Position numbers and translations under genes: made by a program | The notes under the pieces: model-generated | What the model saw: only the letters and a program-made list of their open reading frames with translations | Database searches by the model: none | What the model was told of the DNA's origin: nothing | Origin: an uncultured Gammaproteobacteria bacterium | GTDB lineage: Bacteria; Pseudomonadota; Gammaproteobacteria; Steroidobacterales; BM003 | NCBI GenBank assembly: GCA_963699835.1 | Contig: CAVOVJ010000005.1 | Location: forward strand, 9,939-73,938 | DNA: 64,000 nt | Direction: 5' to 3' | Shown: piece after piece, positions 1 to 7,471 of the stretch | How the letters are laid out: the number at the start of each line of letters is the position of its first letter | Numbering within the stretch: position 1 is the first letter of the stretch

Positions 1-2
1 AG

Positions 3-609
3 CTATCGGCGCTTGAGAAGGGAATCCGAAAAGCGGAACGCGAGTTTGTGCGGGTCACTCACAGCACAGCGCGCGCACTCGAGCGTGATGCCCGCAAACT
101 CAGCAATCAGATAACCCGACTGAACCGCAGTGTTCAAACCAACAGAAAACGGCTTGCACGTGAGGCGGAGCGGCTTGCGAGCGCGAAAACCGCGGTGGCA
201 AAACGCAAGATCCAGGCCCAGATCAAAAAATTTGAACAACTGGTCGACGAAGCAAAAGCGGAACTGCAGGAGCATCGCACAAATCTGAAGCCCCTGCGCG
301 AACAGCTTACCGAGGCGCGTGATTATGCACGCAAGGCGTTGGGTATGAGCAAGGCGCTGAGCGCGCATGACAAGGAGCTGGCGAAGAAAGCGCTGGCCAA
401 AGTCAAAAAGAAAAAGGCGAAGAAAAAAGTAGCGAAAAAGAAGACCGTGGCCAAGGTTGCGGCGAAGAAAAAGACCACTGCGCGGAAACGCCCGGCGGCC
501 AGGAAACGGACCGCTAAAAAAGGCAGCCAGCCGGAAGAAGGCGCCCGCGAAAAAGACAAGCATGCGGCGCGCTTCGACGAAAAAGGCCTCGCGCAAGAAG
601 ACCGCTTGA
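3..609 (+). CDS. Lys/Ala-rich histone H1-like (AlgP-type) nucleoid protein; 5' end lies outside the window; frameshifted as sequenced
   Basis: The frame of ORF 48..737 stays open back to nt 3. It has a coiled-coil N-part followed by KKKAKKKVAKKKTVAKVAAKKK repeats. After the A6 run at ~514-519 the +1 frame keeps the K/A-rich composition (KKAASRKKAPAKKTSMRRASTKKASRKKTA) and stops at TGA 607-609, just upstream of a terminator. The listed frame turns acidic and reads through that terminator. Confidence 0.6.
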
Positions 610-635
610 CGGAGGCTGTGAACTCGGGTGTATTG

Positions 636-659
636 GGGCCGGCGAATGCCGGCCCTTTT
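636..659 (+). terminator. Rho-independent terminator
   Basis: GGGCCGGC-gaat-GCCGGCCC stem-loop followed by TTTT. Confidence 0.75.
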
Positions 660-733
660 CGCTGCAGCAACGTGTATTCCCGCACACTCGCCGCTCCGGT
701 ATTCGTATTGACGACAGTGATCAGGTACGCATC

Positions 734-1306
734 ATGAACAAACTGCAAGCATCCGCGGCGACGGTAGGTCTGGTTTTGTTCGCGCAGGGCGCGAGCGCCG
801 ATTTGAACACCGACCTGCGCCGCTGTGCGTTGATCCTCGATTCGATCGAGCGTCTTGCTTGTTACGACGGTCTGAGTAAACGTGCGGCAGCTGCCGCAAC
901 GGCGCCTGTGCCAACGCCGGTGGGCGCCGACCCCGCTGCAACGGCCGCCGCCGCGCCCGCAGCACAAAGTGCGCCGCCGCCAGTACCGCCGGCCGCACCG
1001 CCGCCGGAGACGCCCCCTGTTGCCGCCGCGGACAGCGCCGCCAGGGAAGACTTCGGCCTGGAAGAGCAGCGTGCCGCCGAAACCAAGCTGATCCGCAGCC
1101 GTATCAACGGTACGTTCGACGGCTGGAGCGGCAAGACCGAGTTCGTGCTCGAAAACGGTCAGGTATGGCGGCAGACGGCCGGCGGCAAGCTCGTCGCAAA
1201 TGAAATCGAGAACCCCGAAGTCGAAATCAAACGCGGTTTCATGGGCGTTTATTACCTCAAGGTCGACGGCTATAACCCGACGGTCAAGGTGCGACGGATC
1301 AAATAG
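734..1306 (+). CDS. Secreted hypothetical protein with a Pro/Ala-rich linker
   Basis: ATG at 734. Signal peptide MNKLQASAATVGLVLFAQGASA, an RLACYD motif, a long low-complexity A/P linker, and a globular C-terminal ~90 aa. High GC3. Confidence 0.7.
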   Translation: MNKLQASAATVGLVLFAQGASADLNTDLRRCALILDSIERLACYDGLSKRAAAAATAPVPTPVGADPAATAAAAPAAQSAPPPVPPAAPPPETPPVAAADSAAREDFGLEEQRAAETKLIRSRINGTFDGWSGKTEFVLENGQVWRQTAGGKLVANEIENPEVEIKRGFMGVYYLKVDGYNPTVKVRRIK

Positions 1307-1315
1307 GCGTCTGCG

Positions 1316-3184
1316 CTATTTGCGGTACGTCTTCAACAGATCGTCGCGCCGGGCGAGCAGGGCGCGGATCTGTTCGCGGTCGATGTACTCCCCGAGTGCG
1401 GTGGTAAGCGTTTCCTGGTCGAGACGCTCGAGCCTGCGTGCCATTTCGTCGCCGACCTGTATCGGAAAATTGCTGAAATCCGCAGGCAGTTTGCGACTGA
1501 GCCTGAAAGCGCGCGAGTGGTCGATCAACACCAGCATCCAGTCGTCGCGGGTGAAGGTGACGTTTTGCTGGGTCCGGTCGGTGTTCAGGATCAGGCTGTC
1601 GAAAACGTACATCAGGTTGTATTGCGGGTTGATTGGGCAATAGCCGTCCGCGCGGACGTTCTGCTCGGTTTTCTCGAGCAGGCTGATCATGTCATTGACC
1701 CAGAACTGCAGCGCGCCGGGGTTGCCGTTGACCGAGCGTTCCACCGTGACCGGCACCAGGTTCAGGTCGAGCAACCGGTCCAGCTTGTACGCGGCAACTT
1801 CGTGCTGGTACCGATCGGACTTCTCGATCAGCTGGCGGCGCCGCTGGCTGTTGCCGCTGATCGGCGTGGAGACGCCTTTGTACAACGCCCGCACGCTGAT
1901 GCCGTCGCGCTCCAGCGTAACCCGCAACGGCTTGGTAACACCCGTTCCGACCTCTTCGGTCGCGACGATCTCCGCAGTGGCCAGGAACTCCTCGAGCTGG
2001 TCGTCATTGAGGTTACCGGGGCGTTCGCCGACGCGGCGGATTTCGGCGTCCACAGGTTCCGCGCTCTGGCTCCCCGCATAACGGACCTGCAGGTTGTCGC
2101 CCTCGATAATCAGGGCTGCGGGCGTGCCCTCGTAGTAGCTGCGCAGCATTCCGGTGTCGGCCATGATGATGAGCCCGCCGAGACGGCTGGTAACCCGCCG
2201 CGAGACCGTGGGTGTGTGGCCGAACACCACGCGTTTGGCGCCAAGCCGGTCGAGGATCGATTTGACGGTGTCGTACTGGGTGAGTTCATGGCATAGCGCG
2301 TTTTCGCGAATCCACAACGGCCCGATCGGACCGAGCAGCGGCGCTTCGAGCAGCGTTTCGAGTTGCGCTGCCGCTGCGGTCGCTTCCTCGTCGCCGAGCC
2401 CACGCAGGGCATCGACCCGTCCGCGCCGTGCCACCGGGACCTGGAACCTCGCGGCGACGCCGTCCCAGACGCGGTTGTAGTCGGCGACGGTTTGCGTCAC
2501 TTGAGCATTGATCGTGGGAATGTCGGACTCGAGCAGGACCGGGGACAGCCCGCCGTGGACGAACACCGTGTCGCCAACCTTGATCATGGTCGGCATGCTC
2601 TGCAGCCACTTGCCGTAGACGCCGGTCGCCGAGAATGCGGCGCTGTGACCGAAATAGCCGGGCGGGAACCGCTCCTCGAAGGTGCTTGCCGCCTCGTCTT
2701 CGGACAATCCGCTGGCGCTGGCATCGACGACGAATGCGGCACGCGCCTGTTCGCGTACCGCGGCGGGTTCCAGGTCCTGGTACGCGGCGTATTCACCGTC
2801 GGTGACGTAGCGCAGATCCGCGGTCAGGTTCATCACTTCATGATTGCCGAGAATGACATGCACGGCGCCGCCGGCGGCGGCCGCCTCTTGTTGCAGCCGC
2901 ATCAACAGGTCCATGACCTTGCGCGAATCGTCGCCGCGATCGAGCAGATCGCCCACCGACACCAGTTGGGTGCGGCCACCGGTCCAGCGCAATTGGTCGT
3001 CCGCGAGGCCGGTATCGCGCAAAAGCCCGCCAAGTTCGCTGTAGGCGCCGTGAATATCGCCGACGACGACGATGCGCGCGGATGCCGGGAATTTCCAGTC
3101 ATCTGCCGCCAGGGCCGTCGCTGCAGCGCCGATCAGCGTGAGAAGAAGTAAGAACCGAAGTAAGCGCAATGGTGTGGTTGTCAT
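1316..3184 (-). CDS. Secreted calcineurin-like metallophosphoesterase fused to a C-terminal PI3/4-kinase-like (HipA-like) domain
   Basis: ORF 1316..3379, with the start moved to ATG 3184 (signal peptide MTTTPLRLLRFLLLLTLIGAAATALA). The N-half carries GDIHG, GDLLDRGDDS and GNHE motifs. The C-half carries HEVAAYKLDRLL, NTDRTQQN and LIDHSRAF kinase-like motifs. Confidence 0.8.
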   Translation of the reverse strand: MTTTPLRLLRFLLLLTLIGAAATALAADDWKFPASARIVVVGDIHGAYSELGGLLRDTGLADDQLRWTGGRTQLVSVGDLLDRGDDSRKVMDLLMRLQQEAAAAGGAVHVILGNHEVMNLTADLRYVTDGEYAAYQDLEPAAVREQARAAFVVDASASGLSEDEAASTFEERFPPGYFGHSAAFSATGVYGKWLQSMPTMIKVGDTVFVHGGLSPVLLESDIPTINAQVTQTVADYNRVWDGVAARFQVPVARRGRVDALRGLGDEEATAAAAQLETLLEAPLLGPIGPLWIRENALCHELTQYDTVKSILDRLGAKRVVFGHTPTVSRRVTSRLGGLIIMADTGMLRSYYEGTPAALIIEGDNLQVRYAGSQSAEPVDAEIRRVGERPGNLNDDQLEEFLATAEIVATEEVGTGVTKPLRVTLERDGISVRALYKGVSTPISGNSQRRRQLIEKSDRYQHEVAAYKLDRLLDLNLVPVTVERSVNGNPGALQFWVNDMISLLEKTEQNVRADGYCPINPQYNLMYVFDSLILNTDRTQQNVTFTRDDWMLVLIDHSRAFRLSRKLPADFSNFPIQVGDEMARRLERLDQETLTTALGEYIDREQIRALLARRDDLLKTYRK

Positions 3185-3308
3185 GGATCGAACCCGGGTT
3201 TGTTTGCCGATGGGTGCAAGCTTAGACCAAAGGTCCCGGCTGCGGTGCGGTGCCCGGACATGATATTGGCTATCATGAGCACGGACCCTGTGGATCTGCG
3301 GACATTCA

Positions 3309-3677
3309 ATGATGAATTCGTTGCGTTTTGCCATATTGTTTTTGCTCGTGCTGTTGCTTGCAAGTTGCGGAGAGATCAATCCGCATGAAAGCCAGGATCT
3401 GGATCGGCACGACTACAGCAATATCCGGGTATCGCCGCAGGACAACAGTATCCTGATCTACGAGGTCAAGCTGACCGCGAAATACCCTGACAACAACGCG
3501 CAGGCCGAGGCAACGCGGATGCGCTGGCTGGAGACATGGTTGCGGTTGCGCCAGCTGTGCCCGGATTCGTACAAGGTTCTGAGCCGACGCCGTTATCAGC
3601 CCAGCGATCTGAACCTGTATCACATGGATGTGCGCTACGAGGTTACCTGCGACTCGCCGCCGCCGCCGGAGAGCTGA
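3309..3677 (+). CDS. Lipoprotein, hypothetical
   Basis: MMNSLRFAILFLLVLLLASCGE has a lipobox (LLASC). 122 aa. Confidence 0.7.
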   Translation: MMNSLRFAILFLLVLLLASCGEINPHESQDLDRHDYSNIRVSPQDNSILIYEVKLTAKYPDNNAQAEATRMRWLETWLRLRQLCPDSYKVLSRRRYQPSDLNLYHMDVRYEVTCDSPPPPES

Positions 3678-3745
3678 TTGCCGACCGGTTGCGACGGCTG
3701 CGCGCGAAATCGCATGGAGACTGCTGCGCGCACGAGTGAGCCCGG

Positions 3746-4430
3746 ATGATCTGGGTTCTCGCCATAGTGGCAATCGCCGCGTTGATCTACGTGCCCGGGC
3801 TGTGGGTGCGCCAGGTAATGCGCCGCTATAGTGAGCCCGGCGATCGCTATCCGGGTAGCGGCGGACAATTCGCCGCACACTTGCTGCAGGGACTCGGGAT
3901 GAGCCATGTCGGGGTGGAGTCGACACCCCAGGGTGATCATTACGACCCGATTGCGAAGGTCGTGCGTCTGTCGCCTGGCAATTTCGATGGGCGTTCGTTG
4001 ACGGCGGTGACCGTGGCCGCACATGAGGTCGGCCACGCGCTGCAGGACCATGAGGGCTACACCCCTTTGGCCCTGCGTACGCGCCTGGTGGCGGTCGCGG
4101 CGCAGGGCGAAAAAATCGCGGCGCTGTTGCTGATGCTGTTGCCGGTTCTGGCCATTCTTTCGCGTTCGCCGGTTGCGGCCCTGCTGATACCGCTGGCAAT
4201 CGTCGGCAGCGTCGGACTTTCGACCTTCGTGCATCTGTTGACGTTACCTACCGAGATGGACGCAAGTTTTACGCGGGCCCTGCCGCTTCTGCAGGAGGGC
4301 GGATATCTGCAGGGACGGGGATTTGCCGCATGCGCGGCGACTTTTGAAAGCCGCAGCCCTCACCTATGTTTCCGCCTCGTTGATGAGCCTTCTGAATTTC
4401 GGCCGCTGGCTTGCGGTATTGCGGCGCTAG
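3746..4430 (+). CDS. Membrane zinc metallopeptidase (YugP-like, HEVGH family); frameshifted as sequenced near 4300-4320
   Basis: HEVGHALQ zinc motif plus TM helices. After ~4310 the alternative frame reads DGDLPHARRLLKAAALTYVSASLMSLLNFGRWLAVLRR and stops at TAG 4428-4430. The listed 415-aa ORF tail (to 4993) is antisense to the DUF192 gene. Confidence 0.75.
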
Positions 4431-4957
4431 CTGCCGTCGCTACGCCGTCGCAGCGGGCTGAAAACAGCGTGCCGGAGCTTGTCTCCGGGGGCGATCTTCA
4501 GCTCGGCGACCCGACCGCCGCGCAATTCCAGCACGGCGCTCACGGGCATTTGTGCGCTAACGGTATCCAGCGAATGCGGCACCGTGTTTTCGGCGATATG
4601 GGCAATGTTCCCGTCGGCCTCGATAAACAGCATGTCCAGCGGAATCAGGGTGTTCTTCATCCACATCCCGATCATCTGCGGCCGCGGATAGATAAACAGC
4701 ATTCCGCTGTCCGGTTCCAGCTCCTCTACAAACATCAGTCCGCGCGCCCGCTCGGCAGGATCCCGCGCAATCCAGACTTCGAACTTGTGGGTCTCGCCCG
4801 CAGCCGTCGCAATCGCCAGTTCGGAACGGTCGAGGCTCTCGAGGAACGCCGCGGTCGCCTCATCCGCCCGGCTCGCAGCCAGGCCCGCCAGCAACAGGAA
4901 CAGGATCACGACGGCCTGAGCGGGTTTTTTCGCGGGTATCGCCGGGCGTGTTTGCAT
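4427..4957 (-). CDS. DUF192 domain protein (secreted)
   Basis: Signal-anchor AVVILFLLLAGLAAS. Core motifs ERARGLMF, GMLFIY, MWMKNTLIPLDMLFI and ELRGG. Confidence 0.8.
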   Translation of the reverse strand: MQTRPAIPAKKPAQAVVILFLLLAGLAASRADEATAAFLESLDRSELAIATAAGETHKFEVWIARDPAERARGLMFVEELEPDSGMLFIYPRPQMIGMWMKNTLIPLDMLFIEADGNIAHIAENTVPHSLDTVSAQMPVSAVLELRGGRVAELKIAPGDKLRHAVFSPLRRRSDGS

Positions 4958-5096
4958 AAGACTCGTTTGCCGTGTGTGCCGTGCACAGACTGACCTCGAG
5001 TAGCGAAAAGCGCAAGCGATGCGGGTTGCCGGGAACGATACGAATCATGCATTGGACCGGCCGAGGCCGCGCCGCTGCTGTTTTGCCGGGTGGGTC

Positions 5097-5122
5097 AAAA
5101 AAGCCGCCCCGGAGCCGGTGGC
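5097..5122 (-). terminator. Rho-independent terminator downstream of the methyltransferase gene
   Basis: The minus strand reads GCCACCGGCTCCGGGGCGGC followed by TTTTTT. Confidence 0.55.
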
Positions 5123-5177
5123 CCGTGGCGCGTCCTGTTCGGTGCGATTTTCCCCGGTGCTGCTCCCTCAGCGGGTG

Positions 5178-5732
5178 TCAGAGAATGCGAATCGCTGCCT
5201 GTTTGTCGAACAGGCTGTAGGCCAGCGGCTCGAAACGGAGGTCGAAACGCGCACAGATCTCGATCAGCGCGCGGTACTCGTGGTCGCGCCATCCGTCGTA
5301 ACCGAAAAATTCGTCGAAAAGCAGTACCGAACCCGGCCGCAGTCGTGGCGCGACCGGTTCGAGTGCGCTCAACGTCGATTCGTAGAGATCGCAGTCGATA
5401 TGTGCGAACGAGACATGGACAGCGGTGGTTGCGAGCAGCGCGGGCAGCGTGTCTGCGAACAGGCCGCTGTGCAGCTTTACATTTGCGGGAACGTCGGGAA
5501 GCCGTCCGTCGGTGCTGTAACTCCCGCTCGGGTTGTCCGCATTCCAGTCCTGTGGCAATCCTGAGAAAGTGTCAAAGCCGTGTACCGGTCCGGGCCAGTG
5601 GCCAGCAATAAGGTTGATCGAGCGCCCGTGATAGACCCCGAATTCAAGCGCGAGCCCGGTCGGGTCAGCCTGTTCCACTGCATACTCGAAGCGTGTCGGT
5701 GAAGACGCCGAAATGGCGTTTTGCCGGTGCAC
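5178..5732 (-). CDS. Class I SAM-dependent methyltransferase (TylF / Methyltransf_24-like); probably the C-terminal part of the upstream TPR gene
   Basis: GLALEFGVYHGRSINLIA (SAM-binding G-loop), GFDTFSGLP and HIDCDLYEST motifs. The only in-frame start is GTG 5732, which overlaps the TPR ORF by 68 nt. Confidence 0.75.
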   Translation of the reverse strand: MHRQNAISASSPTRFEYAVEQADPTGLALEFGVYHGRSINLIAGHWPGPVHGFDTFSGLPQDWNADNPSGSYSTDGRLPDVPANVKLHSGLFADTLPALLATTAVHVSFAHIDCDLYESTLSALEPVAPRLRPGSVLLFDEFFGYDGWRDHEYRALIEICARFDLRFEPLAYSLFDKQAAIRIL

Positions 5733-6489
5733 CTTGCATGTAGCGGAACGCGTCGAGCGCGGGGGCGGTGCGCGGATCTTGCCGCGCTATCTCGAAATGG
5801 CCGGTGGCGTCATTGTCGCGTCCGGCAAATGCCAGCGTGATCCCGAGCAGGCAGTGAGCGAGGGTATGACCGGGCGCGAGCCGCACCGCGGCGGCAAAGG
5901 CGTCTATGGCGAGCGAGGGGGCGTCGTCACGGAATCGGTCCACGCCCAGCGTCACGAACAGATCCGCACTGTCCGGCCATTTGCGCAGCGCGGCTTGCAG
6001 CGTAGCGCCGGCCTCGTTGCGCTGTCCGAGGCTCTGCAGCGCCTTGGCCAGGGCCAGCACGGCTTCCGGCTGCGTGGCCGTAGCGCTGGCGGCGCGGAAA
6101 CAGGCCAGCGAGGCCGGGTAATCGCCGGCGCGCCACCAGGCGCGGCCCTGCATCAACTGTCGTTGCGATGTCGGTGCGATCTGGCACAGGGCTTCAAGGC
6201 GCGCGCCCGCCTCGCGATAACGGTGCTGGCGTAGCAACGCGATGGCCAGTGGCTCCAGATAGGCCGCCTCATCGGCATCGAGCAGCGTGGCCTGCGCCAG
6301 CGCCGTCTGCGCCAGCGCCGGTTCGTTGCGCGCCAGTTCGCACAGCCCCTCCAGGTACCAGGCCAGCGCGGCCTCGGGTTGTTGTCTGCGCACCTCCCGT
6401 GCCAGCCCCAGCGCCTCGGAGAAACGTTTCGCCCGGTACAGGCCGAATGCCTGGCCAAGTGTGTTTTGCTGCGGTTCAGATGATGACAT
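5665..6489 (-). CDS. TPR-repeat protein (likely the N-terminal part of a TPR-methyltransferase fusion)
   Basis: ORF 5665..6546, with ATG 6489 chosen (MSSSEPQQNTLGQAFGLYRAKRF). Repeated A/L-rich 34-aa TPR-like units. Confidence 0.7.
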   Translation of the reverse strand: MSSSEPQQNTLGQAFGLYRAKRFSEALGLAREVRRQQPEAALAWYLEGLCELARNEPALAQTALAQATLLDADEAAYLEPLAIALLRQHRYREAGARLEALCQIAPTSQRQLMQGRAWWRAGDYPASLACFRAASATATQPEAVLALAKALQSLGQRNEAGATLQAALRKWPDSADLFVTLGVDRFRDDAPSLAIDAFAAAVRLAPGHTLAHCLLGITLAFAGRDNDATGHFEIARQDPRTAPALDAFRYMQGAPAKRHFGVFTDTLRVCSGTG

Positions 6490-6589
6490 GGCGCTGCGCC
6501 CGGTGGTTTGCGGTGACAGGGAATCGCGGTGCTGCGAACTCAGCAAGAATCGGGTGGGTCGTGATTCGCTCGGGCGCTACACTGCACCC

Positions 6590-7471
6590 ATGAATGAGCA
6601 TCGCGATTATCGGCGGATCGCCGCCGCCATTGACTATATTGCGGCCCATTACCGCGAGCAACCGGATCTCGCCGCTGTCGCGGGCGCGGTCCATCTCAGC
6701 CCGCACCATTTCAATCGCCTGTTCCGCCGCTGGGCCGGAATCACGCCAAAACAGTTTCTGAAAATGATCACGCTCGACGCGGCCAAACACAGTCTGCAGA
6801 CCGATCGCAGTCTGTTCGCTGCGGCGATCGACTCGGGCCTGTCCGGCGCCGGGCGTCTTCACGATCTGTTCGTGACCATCGAGGCGATGAGCCCGGGCGA
6901 GTTCCGTAGCGGCGGCCGCGGGCTGGACATTTCCTGGGGCTGGCATCCGAGTCCCTATGGCGACTGCCTGATCGCGATGACATCGCGTGGATTGTGTCAT
7001 CTCGGATTTTACGACAGCGGCGTCGCCGCCGCACAGCGGGCACTCGCCGCAGCGTGGCCGGCCGCGAACCTGCATCGCGATCAGGCGGCGACCGCGGCGT
7101 TCGCCGAGCCCATTTTCGAGCTCGATGGTGCTAGTGCGTGCACACTGCATCTCGGCGGCACCAATTTTCAGCTGCAGGTGTGGCGCGCGTTGCTGAGCAT
7201 CCCGCCGGGTGAAACCCAAAGCTATGGCGAACTGGCGGCACGGATCGGCGCACCCTCCGCCGCTCGAGCAGTCGGGTCGGCGGTGGGCGCCAATCCAGTG
7301 GCCTACCTGATTCCCTGTCATCGGGTTCTGCGCCAGGGCAGCGGCCTCGGCGGGTATCGCTGGGGCGTGCCACGCAAACGCGCAATCCTGGCCCGCGAGG
7401 CCGTGCAAAACGCAGCGTCGGGCCGGTCTCAGGGGCGAATCGCCTGGCTCGAGCCAAACCCGGGACCGTAG
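6590..7471 (+). CDS. AraC-type HTH fused to methylated-DNA-[protein]-cysteine S-methyltransferase (Ada-like)
   Basis: ATG 6590 (MNEHRDYRRIAAAIDYI). AraC HTH LSPHHFNRLFRRWAGITPKQFL. MGMT active site IPCHRVL plus GGYRWG. The 6287 start is an antisense artefact. Confidence 0.85.
   Translation: MNEHRDYRRIAAAIDYIAAHYREQPDLAAVAGAVHLSPHHFNRLFRRWAGITPKQFLKMITLDAAKHSLQTDRSLFAAAIDSGLSGAGRLHDLFVTIEAMSPGEFRSGGRGLDISWGWHPSPYGDCLIAMTSRGLCHLGFYDSGVAAAQRALAAAWPAANLHRDQAATAAFAEPIFELDGASACTLHLGGTNFQLQVWRALLSIPPGETQSYGELAARIGAPSAARAVGSAVGANPVAYLIPCHRVLRQGSGLGGYRWGVPRKRAILAREAVQNAASGRSQGRIAWLEPNPGP

Noticed and set aside
3306-4234. Minus-strand ORFs of 297 aa and 199 aa
   Set aside because: They lie antisense to the lipoprotein and Zn-peptidase genes. 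The translations are Arg/Pro-rich without motifs.
6287-6589. N-terminal 101-aa extension of the Ada-like ORF
   Set aside because: The extension is antisense to the TPR gene and is Ser/Arg/Ala low-complexity. ATG 6590 gives a typical AraC-domain N-terminus.
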